Shown here: positions 10,294 through 19,779 of the stretch, piece after piece
How the letters are laid out: every line of letters begins with the position of its first letter
Position numbering within the stretch: position 1 is the stretch's first letter
Assembly: GCA_007375595.1 (NCBI GenBank)
Contig: VMEP01000001.1
Location: 10,061-74,060 of the forward strand
Source of the DNA: Parcubacteria group bacterium LiPW_30
Lineage (GTDB): Bacteria; Patescibacteriota; Minisyncoccia; Phycocordibacterales; VMEP01
DNA: 64,000 nucleotides
Reading direction: 5' to 3'
Notes under the pieces: generated by a model
Seen by the model: only the letters and a program-made list of their open reading frames with translations
Told to the model about the DNA's origin: nothing
The model's database searches: none
Program-made: the position numbers and the translations under genes

Positions 10294-10333
10294 GCCCACC
10301 TATAATTACGCGGTCGCGTAATTATAGGTGGGC
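10294..10333. repeat. 40-bp palindrome downstream of the PaaX/Cas2-like gene
   Basis: GCCCACCTATAATTACGCG-GT-CGCGTAATTATAGGTGGGC, perfect 19-bp arms. Confidence 0.95.
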
Positions 10334-10349
10334 TAGAAAATTAAATTAT

Positions 10350-10919
10350 TTAAAAAATACCAAATTCTTTTTTGAGAAATTTATCGTTCTCTACTTTATC
10401 GGCAATTATATAAAGAACGTCCTTCCCTATTTTAAAATCAGCCTTCATAAGAGTAATCAAGTCTTCACAATCGTATGGATACACCCAAACACTGTTCTGT
10501 AATTTTAAAAAACCAAAGCTTTCTATTGTTCTTTTGAGTTTCTCTCTAAGCGTTTTATTTTCTTCTTTAATATCATAAATAACAATTCTCCATTTACCAT
10601 CCCATTTTTTTGGTTTAGGTAATACTCCATTATCATACATTTGATATAAACGTCTTTCGCCTTCAGTGGTAAGGCGAACAAAATTCCCCTTTTCTATTTT
10701 TTCAAACTTTATTAATCCTTTTTCAACAAGCCGATCAACCGAACGTTTTACCCAGTAGTTGTCTCTTCTAATAATCCCTAATTTATTAAATGCGCCAACA
10801 ACACTCGGCGAAATTAACGCAACACTTAATATTCCAGCCCCTTTAATGATAGACAAAATAGTTTTCTGGACGTCTTCCTTTCGTGCTCTCTTTTTTGATT
10901 CTTTTTCAAGTATCCCCAT
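10350..10919 (-). CDS. PaaX-like protein (winged HTH plus Cas2-like ferredoxin-fold domain)
   Basis: RLVEKGLI..VRLTTEG wHTH, followed by KWDGKWRIVIYDIKE..R...GFLKLQNSVW, typical of the PaaX central/Cas2-like domain. Confidence 0.8.
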   Translation of the reverse strand: MGILEKESKKRARKEDVQKTILSIIKGAGILSVALISPSVVGAFNKLGIIRRDNYWVKRSVDRLVEKGLIKFEKIEKGNFVRLTTEGERRLYQMYDNGVLPKPKKWDGKWRIVIYDIKEENKTLREKLKRTIESFGFLKLQNSVWVYPYDCEDLITLMKADFKIGKDVLYIIADKVENDKFLKKEFGIF

Positions 10920-10969
10920 AACTTAAATATTAGCAGTAATCTAATGACTTAACGTTTTAAGCCATTTTA

Positions 10970-11015
10970 TCACCCCATCTATAATTACGCGACCGCGTAA
11001 TTATAGATGGGGTGA
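10970..11015. repeat. 46-bp palindrome upstream of the PaaX/Cas2-like gene
   Basis: TCACCCCATCTATAATTACGCG-AC-CGCGTAATTATAGATGGGGTGA, perfect 22-bp arms. Shares a 28-bp core with the 10294 copy, in inverted orientation. Confidence 0.95.
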
Positions 11016-11099
11016 ATTACTACCAAATTATTCCAGAATTATTTCTGAATAATGTATTTTTATATAAAACACTAAAACAATGTAGTTCAACGCAATCTT

Positions 11100-11978
11100 C
11101 TATACGTTTTTTTGCCAAGAAAAATCTCCGCGTACAGTTTTTTTACCATCCCTTTTTATATAATCTTCCAAAAGTTCTGAGCTTGAACGGACCTTTCCGC
11201 TTTTTCCAATATTAAAAACCATCTCCACTCCTAATTCTTTACAAATCTTCGCTTCTGGTATTGCGTTCTCATCTTTTCTGTCACCTCCGTTAGCAAAAAT
11301 GTGTGGGCGTATTTTTTCAATTGCCTCACCAACATCATCACGGTCAGTTTCCAAAATAAAAACATCATCTACGTGTTTAATTCCTTTTATAAGTGTTGCG
11401 CGATCATTTTGATTCATGAAATATTTTCCTTTTTTACGAATGAGCCACGCATCACAATTAATCACCACGATAAGCTTATTTCCCAAAGCTTTCGCTTCTT
11501 CAAACATCTCCAGGTGACCTACGTGTATAGGGTCAAACCCCCCGCTCACCACAACTATTTTTTCTTTCTCGTTTATTTGTTCGCTGTCTTCCCCTGTTCT
11601 ACCGTAATCATCTTCATATCGAACAATATCTCCTTCGTCGGCAGCGCTACCGTGTACAAATTCAACGTAGACACCACGAAGCAAGCGGTGTTTTTCTCTA
11701 GGCTTCACTCTATAAAAACCAACATGCCATTCGTGATGCTTGTCGTCTTCCTCGGTTCCTTGAATCCCCTTGCCACGAACTATTCTAAAATATGCGCCCG
11801 GAAGCACGTAGTGTTTATTTTTAGGAGTAACCTTAAAAACCCCAAGTTGCCACTCAGTACGATGATTATGACTCTTAAGACTTGTCTGCCCACCAACCAC
11901 AAGAAATTTAACCCAAAAATTTTTGTGGTGAACAAGTTTCCACATTCTCCCCCATGGTCGTCTCATATAAAAAGCCAT
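11100..11978 (-). CDS. Cupin (mannose-6-P isomerase-like) fused to a cytidylyltransferase (TagD/RfaE-II-like)
   Basis: N-terminal RPWG...TSLKSHNHRTE...DIVRYEDDYGR. C-terminal SGGFDPIHVGH (HIGH-like), FANGGDR and SSS motifs. Confidence 0.75.
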   Translation of the reverse strand: MAFYMRRPWGRMWKLVHHKNFWVKFLVVGGQTSLKSHNHRTEWQLGVFKVTPKNKHYVLPGAYFRIVRGKGIQGTEEDDKHHEWHVGFYRVKPREKHRLLRGVYVEFVHGSAADEGDIVRYEDDYGRTGEDSEQINEKEKIVVVSGGFDPIHVGHLEMFEEAKALGNKLIVVINCDAWLIRKKGKYFMNQNDRATLIKGIKHVDDVFILETDRDDVGEAIEKIRPHIFANGGDRKDENAIPEAKICKELGVEMVFNIGKSGKVRSSSELLEDYIKRDGKKTVRGDFSWQKNV

Positions 11979-12104
11979 TTTGTCTTTTGCAGTATAAGTT
12001 AAGTTTGAGTTATTTCTATCATTAAATACCTAGTAAACCAAGGAACACCTTATTTAAGGTAACTTTTTGTCTCTAAGAGTTGTTATATAGTAGAGTCGAC
12101 AAAA

Positions 12105-12152
12105 TGACACCTTTTGACACTTATTGACACTTACCCACTTTTTACTAATACT
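12105..12152 (+). promoter_or_regulatory. Promoter overlapped by three TGACAC direct repeats at 10-bp spacing
   Basis: TGACAC at 12105, 12115 and 12125. TTGACA (12124-12129) is followed 17 nt later by AATACT. Confidence 0.6.
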
Positions 12153-12161
12153 TAACAAATT

Positions 12162-12410
12162 ATGAATCAGGAGATACACCCAAATGCTGTATATACCACA
12201 GCGGAAACACAAACAATTCTTAAAATAAGTGATAGTACTGTAAAACGTATGCTTAAAAACGGTCTCATTCGTGCCAACAAAGTCGGTGGTCAATACAGAA
12301 TCATGGGAAAAGAACTTCTCCGTATCCTCTCCCCCGACCTAGAAAAAGAAGCAACGCAATCTTATTTAAAAATTAAAAAGAAAGTGGTTGCCAAAATAAA
12401 CCGATGGTGA
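12162..12410 (+). CDS. Excisionase/BldC-like helix-turn-helix DNA-binding protein
   Basis: VYTTAETQTILKISDSTVKRMLKNGLIRANKVGGQYRI is an HTH_17-type pattern. Confidence 0.8.
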   Translation: MNQEIHPNAVYTTAETQTILKISDSTVKRMLKNGLIRANKVGGQYRIMGKELLRILSPDLEKEATQSYLKIKKKVVAKINRW

Positions 12411-12499
12411 GAATAGTTGAAAGTTCGTAAAGTAGAAAAAATAGTCGAAAGTTCATAAAGTTTATAAAGTGAAAAGTTAAATAAAGAAATTCTTAAAAA

Positions 12500-13588
12500 A
12501 TGAAAAAAATAGCAAATAAAAAAAATAGTAATAAAGTGTCAACAAAAAATAAAGTAGCTCTTATCACTGGTATCACCGGACAAGATGGTTCGTATTTAGC
12601 TGAATTACTTTTAGAAAAAGGATATGAAGTGCACGGGCTTATTCGTCGCGCTAGCAACTTCAACACACAAAAAATAGATCATATCTATAGCGACCCACAT
12701 AAACACAATGGAAAATTTTTTCTTCATTTTGGAGATCTTTCAGACTCGAGCAACTTAAACCGCGTTTTAAATAAAATAAAACCTGATGAAATTTATCACC
12801 TTGGAGCACAGAGTCACGTACGCGTTAGTTTTGATATTCCAGAATACACGGGCGACGTCACGGGCCTTGGAACAATCCGTCTTCTTGATGCAATGAGAGA
12901 AGCTGGTTTGAGTAAAACAAAATTTTACCAAGCATCTTCAAGTGAAATGTTTGGCAAAGTAAAAGAATTACCTCTCACCGAAAACACCCCTTTCCATCCA
13001 CGCTCACCGTACGGTGTGGCAAAAGTTTACGCATACTGGATAACAAAAAACTATCGTGAGAGCTATGGAATGTTTGCCTCAAATGGAATTCTGTTTAACC
13101 ACGAAAGTGAAAGGCGCGGAGAAACTTTTGTTACAAGAAAAATCACCCAAGGTCTTTCTCGTATCAAACTCGGCAAAGAACAAAAATTATATCTTGGAAA
13201 CCTTGATGCTATGCGTGATTGGGGTCACGCAAAAGATTATGTTTACGGAATGTGGCTTATGTTGCAACACAAAGAACCAGATGATTTTATTTTAGCTACC
13301 AACGAATCGCACAGCGTTAGAGAATTTGTTGAAGAGGCCGGAAAAATCCTTGGAATGGATATTATATGGAAAGGAAAAGGACTAAACGAAAAAGGTATTG
13401 ATAAAAAAACTGGAAAAATAATAATTGAAATCGACCCAAGATACTTCCGCCCAGCAGAGGTTGATGTTCTCAATGGAGATTATTCAAAAGCAAAAAACAA
13501 GCTCGGGTGGAAACCAAAAATAAAGTTCAAAGAGCTTGTTAAATTAATGACTGAGTCGGATTTAGAAAAAGAACGTATGGTAATGTAG
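12500..13588 (+). CDS. gmd: GDP-mannose 4,6-dehydratase
   Basis: [44 protein letters not shown] and [16 protein letters not shown]. Confidence 0.97.
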   Translation: MKKIANKKNSNKVSTKNKVALITGITGQDGSYLAELLLEKGYEVHGLIRRASNFNTQKIDHIYSDPHKHNGKFFLHFGDLSDSSNLNRVLNKIKPDEIYHLGAQSHVRVSFDIPEYTGDVTGLGTIRLLDAMREAGLSKTKFYQASSSEMFGKVKELPLTENTPFHPRSPYGVAKVYAYWITKNYRESYGMFASNGILFNHESERRGETFVTRKITQGLSRIKLGKEQKLYLGNLDAMRDWGHAKDYVYGMWLMLQHKEPDDFILATNESHSVREFVEEAGKILGMDIIWKGKGLNEKGIDKKTGKIIIEIDPRYFRPAEVDVLNGDYSKAKNKLGWKPKIKFKELVKLMTESDLEKERMVM

Positions 13589-13604
13589 AATTAACTTACA
13601 AAGA

Positions 13605-14588
13605 ATGAAAAAAACATCAAAAATTTATGTAGCTGGACACAATGGGCTTGTTGGTTCAGCCATCGTAAGACTGTTAAATAAGAAGGGTTATAAAAACCTA
13701 GTTCTCAAAACGCGAAAGGAATTAGATTTGATGAACCAAAAAAAGGTTACTGAATTCTTTAAAAAAGAAAAGCCAGAATATGTATTTTTGGCGGCGGCAA
13801 AAGTCGGTGGAATCGTTGCAAACCAAAACATGCCGGCAGATTTTATACATGATAATCTTTCTGTTCAAAATAATGTAATACACGAAGCATATAAAGCTAG
13901 AGTAAAAAAACTTCTCTTTCTTGGAAGCTCCTGTATATATCCAAAACTTGCACCACAACCAATTAAAGAGGAGTACTTAATGACCGGACCACTCGAGCCC
14001 ACTAACCGCAATTATGCTCTCGCTAAAATTGCAGGAATTTTTATGTGCCAAGCATATAACAAGCAATACGGCACAAACTTTATCTCTGTTATGCCAACGA
14101 ATCTATATGGCCCAAACGACAACTTTGACCCAATAAACTCGCATGTTCTTCCCGCGCTAATAAGAAGATTCCATGAAGCAAAAGAGAGTAATAGTGAAGA
14201 AATAACTATGTGGGGTACAGGGTCACCAAAAAGAGAATTTTTACATGTGGATGATTTGGCCGACGCTTGTTTATTCCTTATGCAAAACTATGATGAATCA
14301 GGGATAATAAATATTGGTACTGGTGTTGATTTGTCGATAAAATCTTTAACAGAGAAAGCAAAAAAAATAATAGGTTACTCTGGAAAAATTGTTTGGGATA
14401 AATCAAAACCAGATGGCACACCAAGAAAACTCCTAGATGTTTCTAAATTGCATAAACTTGGCTGGAAACATAAAGTAGACTTAGATGATGGAATTAAAAA
14501 AACATACGAATGGTATAAAGATAGTTTAAAGTCCGTAAAGTTCGTAAAGTCAAAAGTTAGCAAAAAGAAACCAATTAAAACTTTATAA
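13605..14588 (+). CDS. fcl: GDP-L-fucose synthase
   Basis: [42 protein letters not shown] and [11 protein letters not shown]. Follows gmd. Confidence 0.95.
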   Translation: MKKTSKIYVAGHNGLVGSAIVRLLNKKGYKNLVLKTRKELDLMNQKKVTEFFKKEKPEYVFLAAAKVGGIVANQNMPADFIHDNLSVQNNVIHEAYKARVKKLLFLGSSCIYPKLAPQPIKEEYLMTGPLEPTNRNYALAKIAGIFMCQAYNKQYGTNFISVMPTNLYGPNDNFDPINSHVLPALIRRFHEAKESNSEEITMWGTGSPKREFLHVDDLADACLFLMQNYDESGIINIGTGVDLSIKSLTEKAKKIIGYSGKIVWDKSKPDGTPRKLLDVSKLHKLGWKHKVDLDDGIKKTYEWYKDSLKSVKFVKSKVSKKKPIKTL

Positions 14589-14609
14589 ACCTTCTACTTT
14601 ATAAACTTT

Positions 14610-15431
14610 ATGACTAATGTAACAATTATAAAACCTAAAAAAGTTCTCAGCTTGAGAGATTTTAAAGAGCTCTGGGATTATAAAGAGCTTCTATATTTTT
14701 TCGTATGGCGTGATTTTAAAGTACGATACAAGCAAACTATTATTGGAATTGGTTGGGCGATATTTCAACCATTTATGACGATGGTTGTTTTTAGTATTTT
14801 CTTTGGGAAGTTATTAAAAATTCCTTCCGATGGCGTTCCTTATCCAATTTTCGTATATACAGGACTTCTTTTTTGGCAATTTTTCTCTAGTGCACTTTCA
14901 GAGACGAGTAACGTGCTTATAAGTAACCAAGCAATCATTACCAAGGTGTACTTTCCACGCCTAATTCTTCCCTTGTCTTCGGTTGCGACAAAGCTAGTTG
15001 ATTTTGCTATAGCATCCGTGATTCTTGCCGGAATGATGGTTTACTATGGATACACACCACATCTTTCAGGTTTATTTATTCTCCCTCTCCTCCTCGCAAT
15101 AACCTTTATGGCTTCGGTTGGTGGCGGATTATTTCTCGCCGCGATTAATGTGAAGTATCGCGACGTGCGCTATGTTTTACCGTTCTTTATTCAAATACTA
15201 ATGTTCTTAACTCCAGTAATTTATCCAGCAAGTATCGCCGGAAAATATTCATGGATTCTTGCCTTCAACCCTATGATGGGTGTCATTCAGTCAGCACGTG
15301 CAGGAATTTTAGGAACTGCACCAATCAACTGGACGCTTATTGGAATATCATTTATGGCTTGCGCTGTATTACTTGCCATAGGAGTTATTTATTTTAAAAA
15401 AGTGGAAAGATATTTTGCTGATATCGCATAA
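14610..15431 (+). CDS. wzm: ABC polysaccharide exporter permease
   Basis: RDFKVRYKQT..G..WAIFQP, KVYFPR and YRDV motifs, about 6 TM helices. Confidence 0.9.
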   Translation: MTNVTIIKPKKVLSLRDFKELWDYKELLYFFVWRDFKVRYKQTIIGIGWAIFQPFMTMVVFSIFFGKLLKIPSDGVPYPIFVYTGLLFWQFFSSALSETSNVLISNQAIITKVYFPRLILPLSSVATKLVDFAIASVILAGMMVYYGYTPHLSGLFILPLLLAITFMASVGGGLFLAAINVKYRDVRYVLPFFIQILMFLTPVIYPASIAGKYSWILAFNPMMGVIQSARAGILGTAPINWTLIGISFMACAVLLAIGVIYFKKVERYFADIA

Positions 15432-15435
15432 AAAC

Positions 15436-16701
15436 ATGAATAATAATATTATCGAAGTAAAAAATTTAGGGAAAAAATACACAATAAACCATCACCGTGG
15501 TAATTACGTGGCGCTACGGGATGTGCTTACCGCTATTATCAAACGTCCTTTATTTTTCTTAAAAAAGAAAGCGAAAGAAATTGCTGGTATTGACACAAAA
15601 GAAGATTTTTGGGCTCTTAAAGACGTCAGCTTTAATATTGAACCAGGAGAGGTTGTTGGAGTTATCGGACGCAACGGTGCCGGCAAATCAACACTTCTAA
15701 AAATTCTCACGGGAATAACTCCACCAACCACGGGAGAAATTAAAATGAAAGGTAAAGTAGCTTCCCTACTTGAAGTTGGTACTGGTTTTCACCCAGAACT
15801 TACCGGTAGAGAGAATATTTTTCTCAACGGTGCAATACTGGGAATGACAAAGAGGGAAATTTTAAGAAACTTCGATTCGATTGTTAAATTTGCCGAAATA
15901 GAAAAATTTCTAGATACTCCAGTTAAATATTATTCAAGTGGTATGTATGTTCGTCTTGCTTTCTCTGTTGCTTCACATATGGAACCAGACGTATTACTTG
16001 TCGATGAAGTCTTAGCTGTCGGAGATACTGAATTCCAAAAAAAATGTTTGGGTAAAATGGAAGAAGTGACAAATAAACAAGGGAGGACTATTTTGTTCGT
16101 AAGCCACAACCTGTCGGCAATAAAAAGACTTTGTAAAAAAACGATTCTACTGGAAAAAGGAATGGTAAAAATGTTCGACACAACAGAAAAAGTGATAGGC
16201 CACTATCTTTCGATATCTACACAAAATGCAGTAAATAATTTTGAATTTGACCAAAACAAAAAGGCACAAGTTACTAGAGTTAGTATAAAAAACAAAAACG
16301 ACAATTTTAACTCCCAGATACCAATTGAAGAGAAATTCTATATAGAAATAGATTTTGAGGTACTAAAACAAACAAAAGCAATCCTCTCGATTTTATTCTT
16401 CTCAGAAGGAGACATCCTCCTACTCTCTTCGGAGTCTGACAAAGACGCCACCATTCGTGAATATCTACCAGGAAAATATAAAACTAAAGTTACCGTTCCA
16501 TCACACCTATTTAACGTCGGTATGTATTTTTTTGAAATACGTATACACCGCCCAGGGGTAGAGCTTATAGATTTTAAACAAAATATTAATTTTGAAATAA
16601 AAGATTCAAACGATAACCCCCATTCAATTATTTTTAACGGGGAACATTCAGGAAAAATTGCAACAATACTTGATTATCAAACAAAAAAAATAAACGACTA
16701 A
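15436..16701 (+). CDS. wzt: ABC polysaccharide exporter ATPase with a C-terminal Wzt carbohydrate-binding domain
   Basis: GRNGAGKST, LLEVGTGFHPELTGRENI, YSSGMYVRLAF and DEVLAVGD motifs. Confidence 0.92.
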   Translation: MNNNIIEVKNLGKKYTINHHRGNYVALRDVLTAIIKRPLFFLKKKAKEIAGIDTKEDFWALKDVSFNIEPGEVVGVIGRNGAGKSTLLKILTGITPPTTGEIKMKGKVASLLEVGTGFHPELTGRENIFLNGAILGMTKREILRNFDSIVKFAEIEKFLDTPVKYYSSGMYVRLAFSVASHMEPDVLLVDEVLAVGDTEFQKKCLGKMEEVTNKQGRTILFVSHNLSAIKRLCKKTILLEKGMVKMFDTTEKVIGHYLSISTQNAVNNFEFDQNKKAQVTRVSIKNKNDNFNSQIPIEEKFYIEIDFEVLKQTKAILSILFFSEGDILLLSSESDKDATIREYLPGKYKTKVTVPSHLFNVGMYFFEIRIHRPGVELIDFKQNINFEIKDSNDNPHSIIFNGEHSGKIATILDYQTKKIND

Positions 16702-16709
16702 ATATAATT

Positions 16710-18485
16710 ATGTGTGGAATAATAAGCATTACTGGAGAAAAGGTAACTGACTACAAAAATACTGACGTAGATAAAGCGCTTCTTTCCTTAAAGAAGCGTG
16801 GGCCAGACGATTGTGGAATTTTAAAATTTCCAAAATGTATTTTGGGGCAAACCCGCCTTTCTATTGTCGACCTTAATGGCGGACACCAACCAATGAGGGA
16901 TAACAAAAAAAATATCGCCATTACCTTTAATGGAGAGATTTATAATTATCGTGAGTTAAAAAAAGACCTGATGGAAAAGGGTCACCTATTTTCCACAAAC
17001 TCCGACACAGAGGTAATTCTTAAATCATACATAGAATACGGCTTGGAATGCCCGAAACACTTAGATGGCATGTTTGCTTTCGTTATTTGGGACGAAGAAA
17101 AACAAGTACTTTTTATAACAAGAGACCGTTTTGGAAAAAAACCTTTATATTACGCCTTTGATGAAAATAAAAATCTAATACTTGCTTCAGAAATAAAAGC
17201 TATTTTTGAGACTGGAAAAGTAATGGGTATTGTTGACAATAAAACTATCGATAATTATTTAACGCTTATGTACGTTCCACCATGGAAAACAGTTTATGAA
17301 AACATAAAAATAATCCCCCCAGCCTCCTGCGCGATATTTGAAAAAGGTGAGATTAAAATCAAAAAATATTGGCGTCTAGAAAAAAAGACTATTGATATAA
17401 CATATAGTGAGGCGAGAGAGAAGGTGAAAAAACTTATCGTTGATTCTGTAAAAAAAAGAATGGTTGCCGACGTGGAAATTGGTTCATTCTTATCTGGCGG
17501 TGTCGACTCAACGCTTGTTTCTATATTGGCTCAGTCTTTTTCAAAATCACCAATTAAAACTTTCTCTATTGGTTATCAAAACTACATAAATGAACTACCG
17601 TACGCCCAAAAGGCTGCAGAAAAAATTAGCTCTGAACATTACACAATGGAAGCAAAATCAGATATGGTTTCTGAACTCCATGAAGTTATTCAGTACCTCG
17701 ATGAACCACATGCTGACTCATCTGATTTCCCACAAGCAATACTTTCCAAATTTACCTCCCAAAAAGTGAAGGTTGCACTATCGGGAGACGGTGCTGATGA
17801 GTTATTCCTCGGCTATGGGTGGTACACAAAACACCAAAACCTTTCTTATAGAGCACACTTTATCGAAAAAATTTTAGGGAATCCTTTTTCTGGTTTTATA
17901 AAAAATATTCAAATATTTTCCACGCAAGATAGGAAAAAGCTTTGGGTAAATAACTGTGTAGTGAATGACGGTTATTTGAGTAGTGAAATAAAAAACTCAA
18001 AACTCTCCCCTGTCGACAAAATAAACTTATTTGATATAACTACTTACCTACCAGGGCAACTACTAACAAAATCGGATCGAACAGGAATGATGAACTCCCT
18101 TGAGATTAGGTCTCCATTTCTTGATTATAAACTAGCCGAGTTTGTTTATAATTTACCAACGAGCTTCAAGGCGAACAAAAACGAAAATAAAATTATACTA
18201 AAAAACATACTTAGTGAGTACATGCCAAAAGAATTTGTTTATAGAAGAAAACAGGGATTTGGAGCTCCGGTAAAAAACTGGCTCAAAGAAGATAATTTTA
18301 AAAAAGACATTCATGAAAAAATATATGCAAATGATGCAAATATTTTTAAAATCCTAAAAAAAGAAGCGGTAAAAGGAATAATTGATGAATTTTATAAAAA
18401 AAATAAAGACCATTATGCTTACAAAATATGGGTTCTTTACTGCCTAGAACTGTGGTTCATTAAACACAAAAAATACCACATATAA
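16710..18485 (+). CDS. asnB: Asparagine synthase-like glutamine amidotransferase
   Basis: MCGI N-terminus, RGPD, FNGEIYNY, RDRFGKKPLYY, LSGGVDS and SGDGADE. Probably amidates glycan given its context. Confidence 0.9.
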   Translation: MCGIISITGEKVTDYKNTDVDKALLSLKKRGPDDCGILKFPKCILGQTRLSIVDLNGGHQPMRDNKKNIAITFNGEIYNYRELKKDLMEKGHLFSTNSDTEVILKSYIEYGLECPKHLDGMFAFVIWDEEKQVLFITRDRFGKKPLYYAFDENKNLILASEIKAIFETGKVMGIVDNKTIDNYLTLMYVPPWKTVYENIKIIPPASCAIFEKGEIKIKKYWRLEKKTIDITYSEAREKVKKLIVDSVKKRMVADVEIGSFLSGGVDSTLVSILAQSFSKSPIKTFSIGYQNYINELPYAQKAAEKISSEHYTMEAKSDMVSELHEVIQYLDEPHADSSDFPQAILSKFTSQKVKVALSGDGADELFLGYGWYTKHQNLSYRAHFIEKILGNPFSGFIKNIQIFSTQDRKKLWVNNCVVNDGYLSSEIKNSKLSPVDKINLFDITTYLPGQLLTKSDRTGMMNSLEIRSPFLDYKLAEFVYNLPTSFKANKNENKIILKNILSEYMPKEFVYRRKQGFGAPVKNWLKEDNFKKDIHEKIYANDANIFKILKKEAVKGIIDEFYKKNKDHYAYKIWVLYCLELWFIKHKKYHI

Positions 18486-18490
18486 ATAAC

Positions 18491-19027
18491 ATGAAAAATT
18501 ACATAAACAATTTACTTAAAAAACTTACGGGTTACCAAATTTCAAAATTTGATAAATCTCCATATAAATTTAGGGAAAAATTAATTGATTTTATAGAACA
18601 AAATTCACCAAGTGGAAAAATTTTAGATATCGGTTCGGCTAGGTGGAATTATCCAAAAAATCGGTTTGGAAAAGACAACGTTACAACGTTAGATCTAGAA
18701 CCACCAGCTGATGTAATCGGAAATGTTATGAATATGCCTTTTGCTGATAATTCGTTTGATTGCGTAATTTGTCTCGAAACCCTTGAGCATGTAGAAAATC
18801 CATTCACTGCGTTAAAAGAAATACACCGGGTCCTTAAACCAAATGGTAAATTTATTGGCTCAACACCATTTATGAATAAAATTCACGGCGAAGAATATGG
18901 TGATTTTTGGAGGTTCACCAGACAAGGCTGGAAAAAATTACTTACGGGGTTTAAAAATGTTAATATTTTACCATTCTCTGGGACAGAACTCTCTCCGGGA
19001 TGGTATTTAGTAGTAGCTCAAAAATAA
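18491..19027 (+). CDS. Class I SAM-dependent methyltransferase
   Basis: ILDIGS, PFADNSFD and LEHV..P..ALKEIHRVLKPNG. Confidence 0.85.
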   Translation: MKNYINNLLKKLTGYQISKFDKSPYKFREKLIDFIEQNSPSGKILDIGSARWNYPKNRFGKDNVTTLDLEPPADVIGNVMNMPFADNSFDCVICLETLEHVENPFTALKEIHRVLKPNGKFIGSTPFMNKIHGEEYGDFWRFTRQGWKKLLTGFKNVNILPFSGTELSPGWYLVVAQK

Positions 19028-19031
19028 ACCT

Positions 19032-19775
19032 ATGATAAAAATAATAGAAAAAATAAATATAATCCTCGAAAAAATTTTTGGTATTAGAATTATGCCGGCA
19101 AGGAAAAGCGAAGGTTTATATGGGTTACTTAAAAAAATATTAAAAAAACAAAATAAAAAACCAAACCCAAAAGAATACTCTACGATTGTTGGTAAGGGAT
19201 CAATTGTGGCTTGCCAACAAGAAGGTTACTTCTTGGCACTCAATAAATACGTAAATACAGGTGATAAAATTCTTGATGTTGGTTTTGGGCTTGGTTACGG
19301 AATGAACATCCTCTCCATTAAAGCTGAAGAAATTTATGGAATCGATGTTGATCAAAAAGTTTATGACTATTGCAAAGAAACACTACTCAATAAAAACCCA
19401 AAAATTAAAGAACTTTCGATATATGATGGCTATAACATAAAATACCCCGATAATTATTTCGACGTTGTCACGTGTATGGATGTTATAGAACACGTTGAAG
19501 ATTATGACCGTTTAATCCGAGAGATGCTTCGTGTGTCAAAAAAGGGAGTATTCTTAAATACACCAAACCGCAGACCAGAATACACAAACGAAGACGGTAC
19601 TCCAAAAAATTTTTGGCACTTAAGAGAGTGGAGTTACGAAGAATTTGATAAAATTATAAAAAAACACGGCACTCCTGATTGGAACTTTATAAATGGGCCA
19701 TATGATGGACCATTTACTATTTCGTCAACAATAAAGGATGACACTTTGGCCCTTTCTCCTTTTCTTAAAAAATAG
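19032..19775 (+). CDS. Class I SAM-dependent methyltransferase
   Basis: ILDVGFGLGYG, GIDVD, FDVVTCMDVIEHV and TPN motifs. Confidence 0.85.
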   Translation: MIKIIEKINIILEKIFGIRIMPARKSEGLYGLLKKILKKQNKKPNPKEYSTIVGKGSIVACQQEGYFLALNKYVNTGDKILDVGFGLGYGMNILSIKAEEIYGIDVDQKVYDYCKETLLNKNPKIKELSIYDGYNIKYPDNYFDVVTCMDVIEHVEDYDRLIREMLRVSKKGVFLNTPNRRPEYTNEDGTPKNFWHLREWSYEEFDKIIKKHGTPDWNFINGPYDGPFTISSTIKDDTLALSPFLKK

Positions 19776-19779
19776 ATAC

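Noticed and set aside
10294-11015. CRISPR-Cas locus suggested by the Cas2-like domain
   Set aside because: No repeat-spacer array and no cas1 or effector genes. Only two palindromes, and the protein carries a PaaX-type wHTH.
12162-12410. Prophage or ICE excisionase
   Set aside because: No integrase, att pair or phage genes nearby. The context is a glycan operon.
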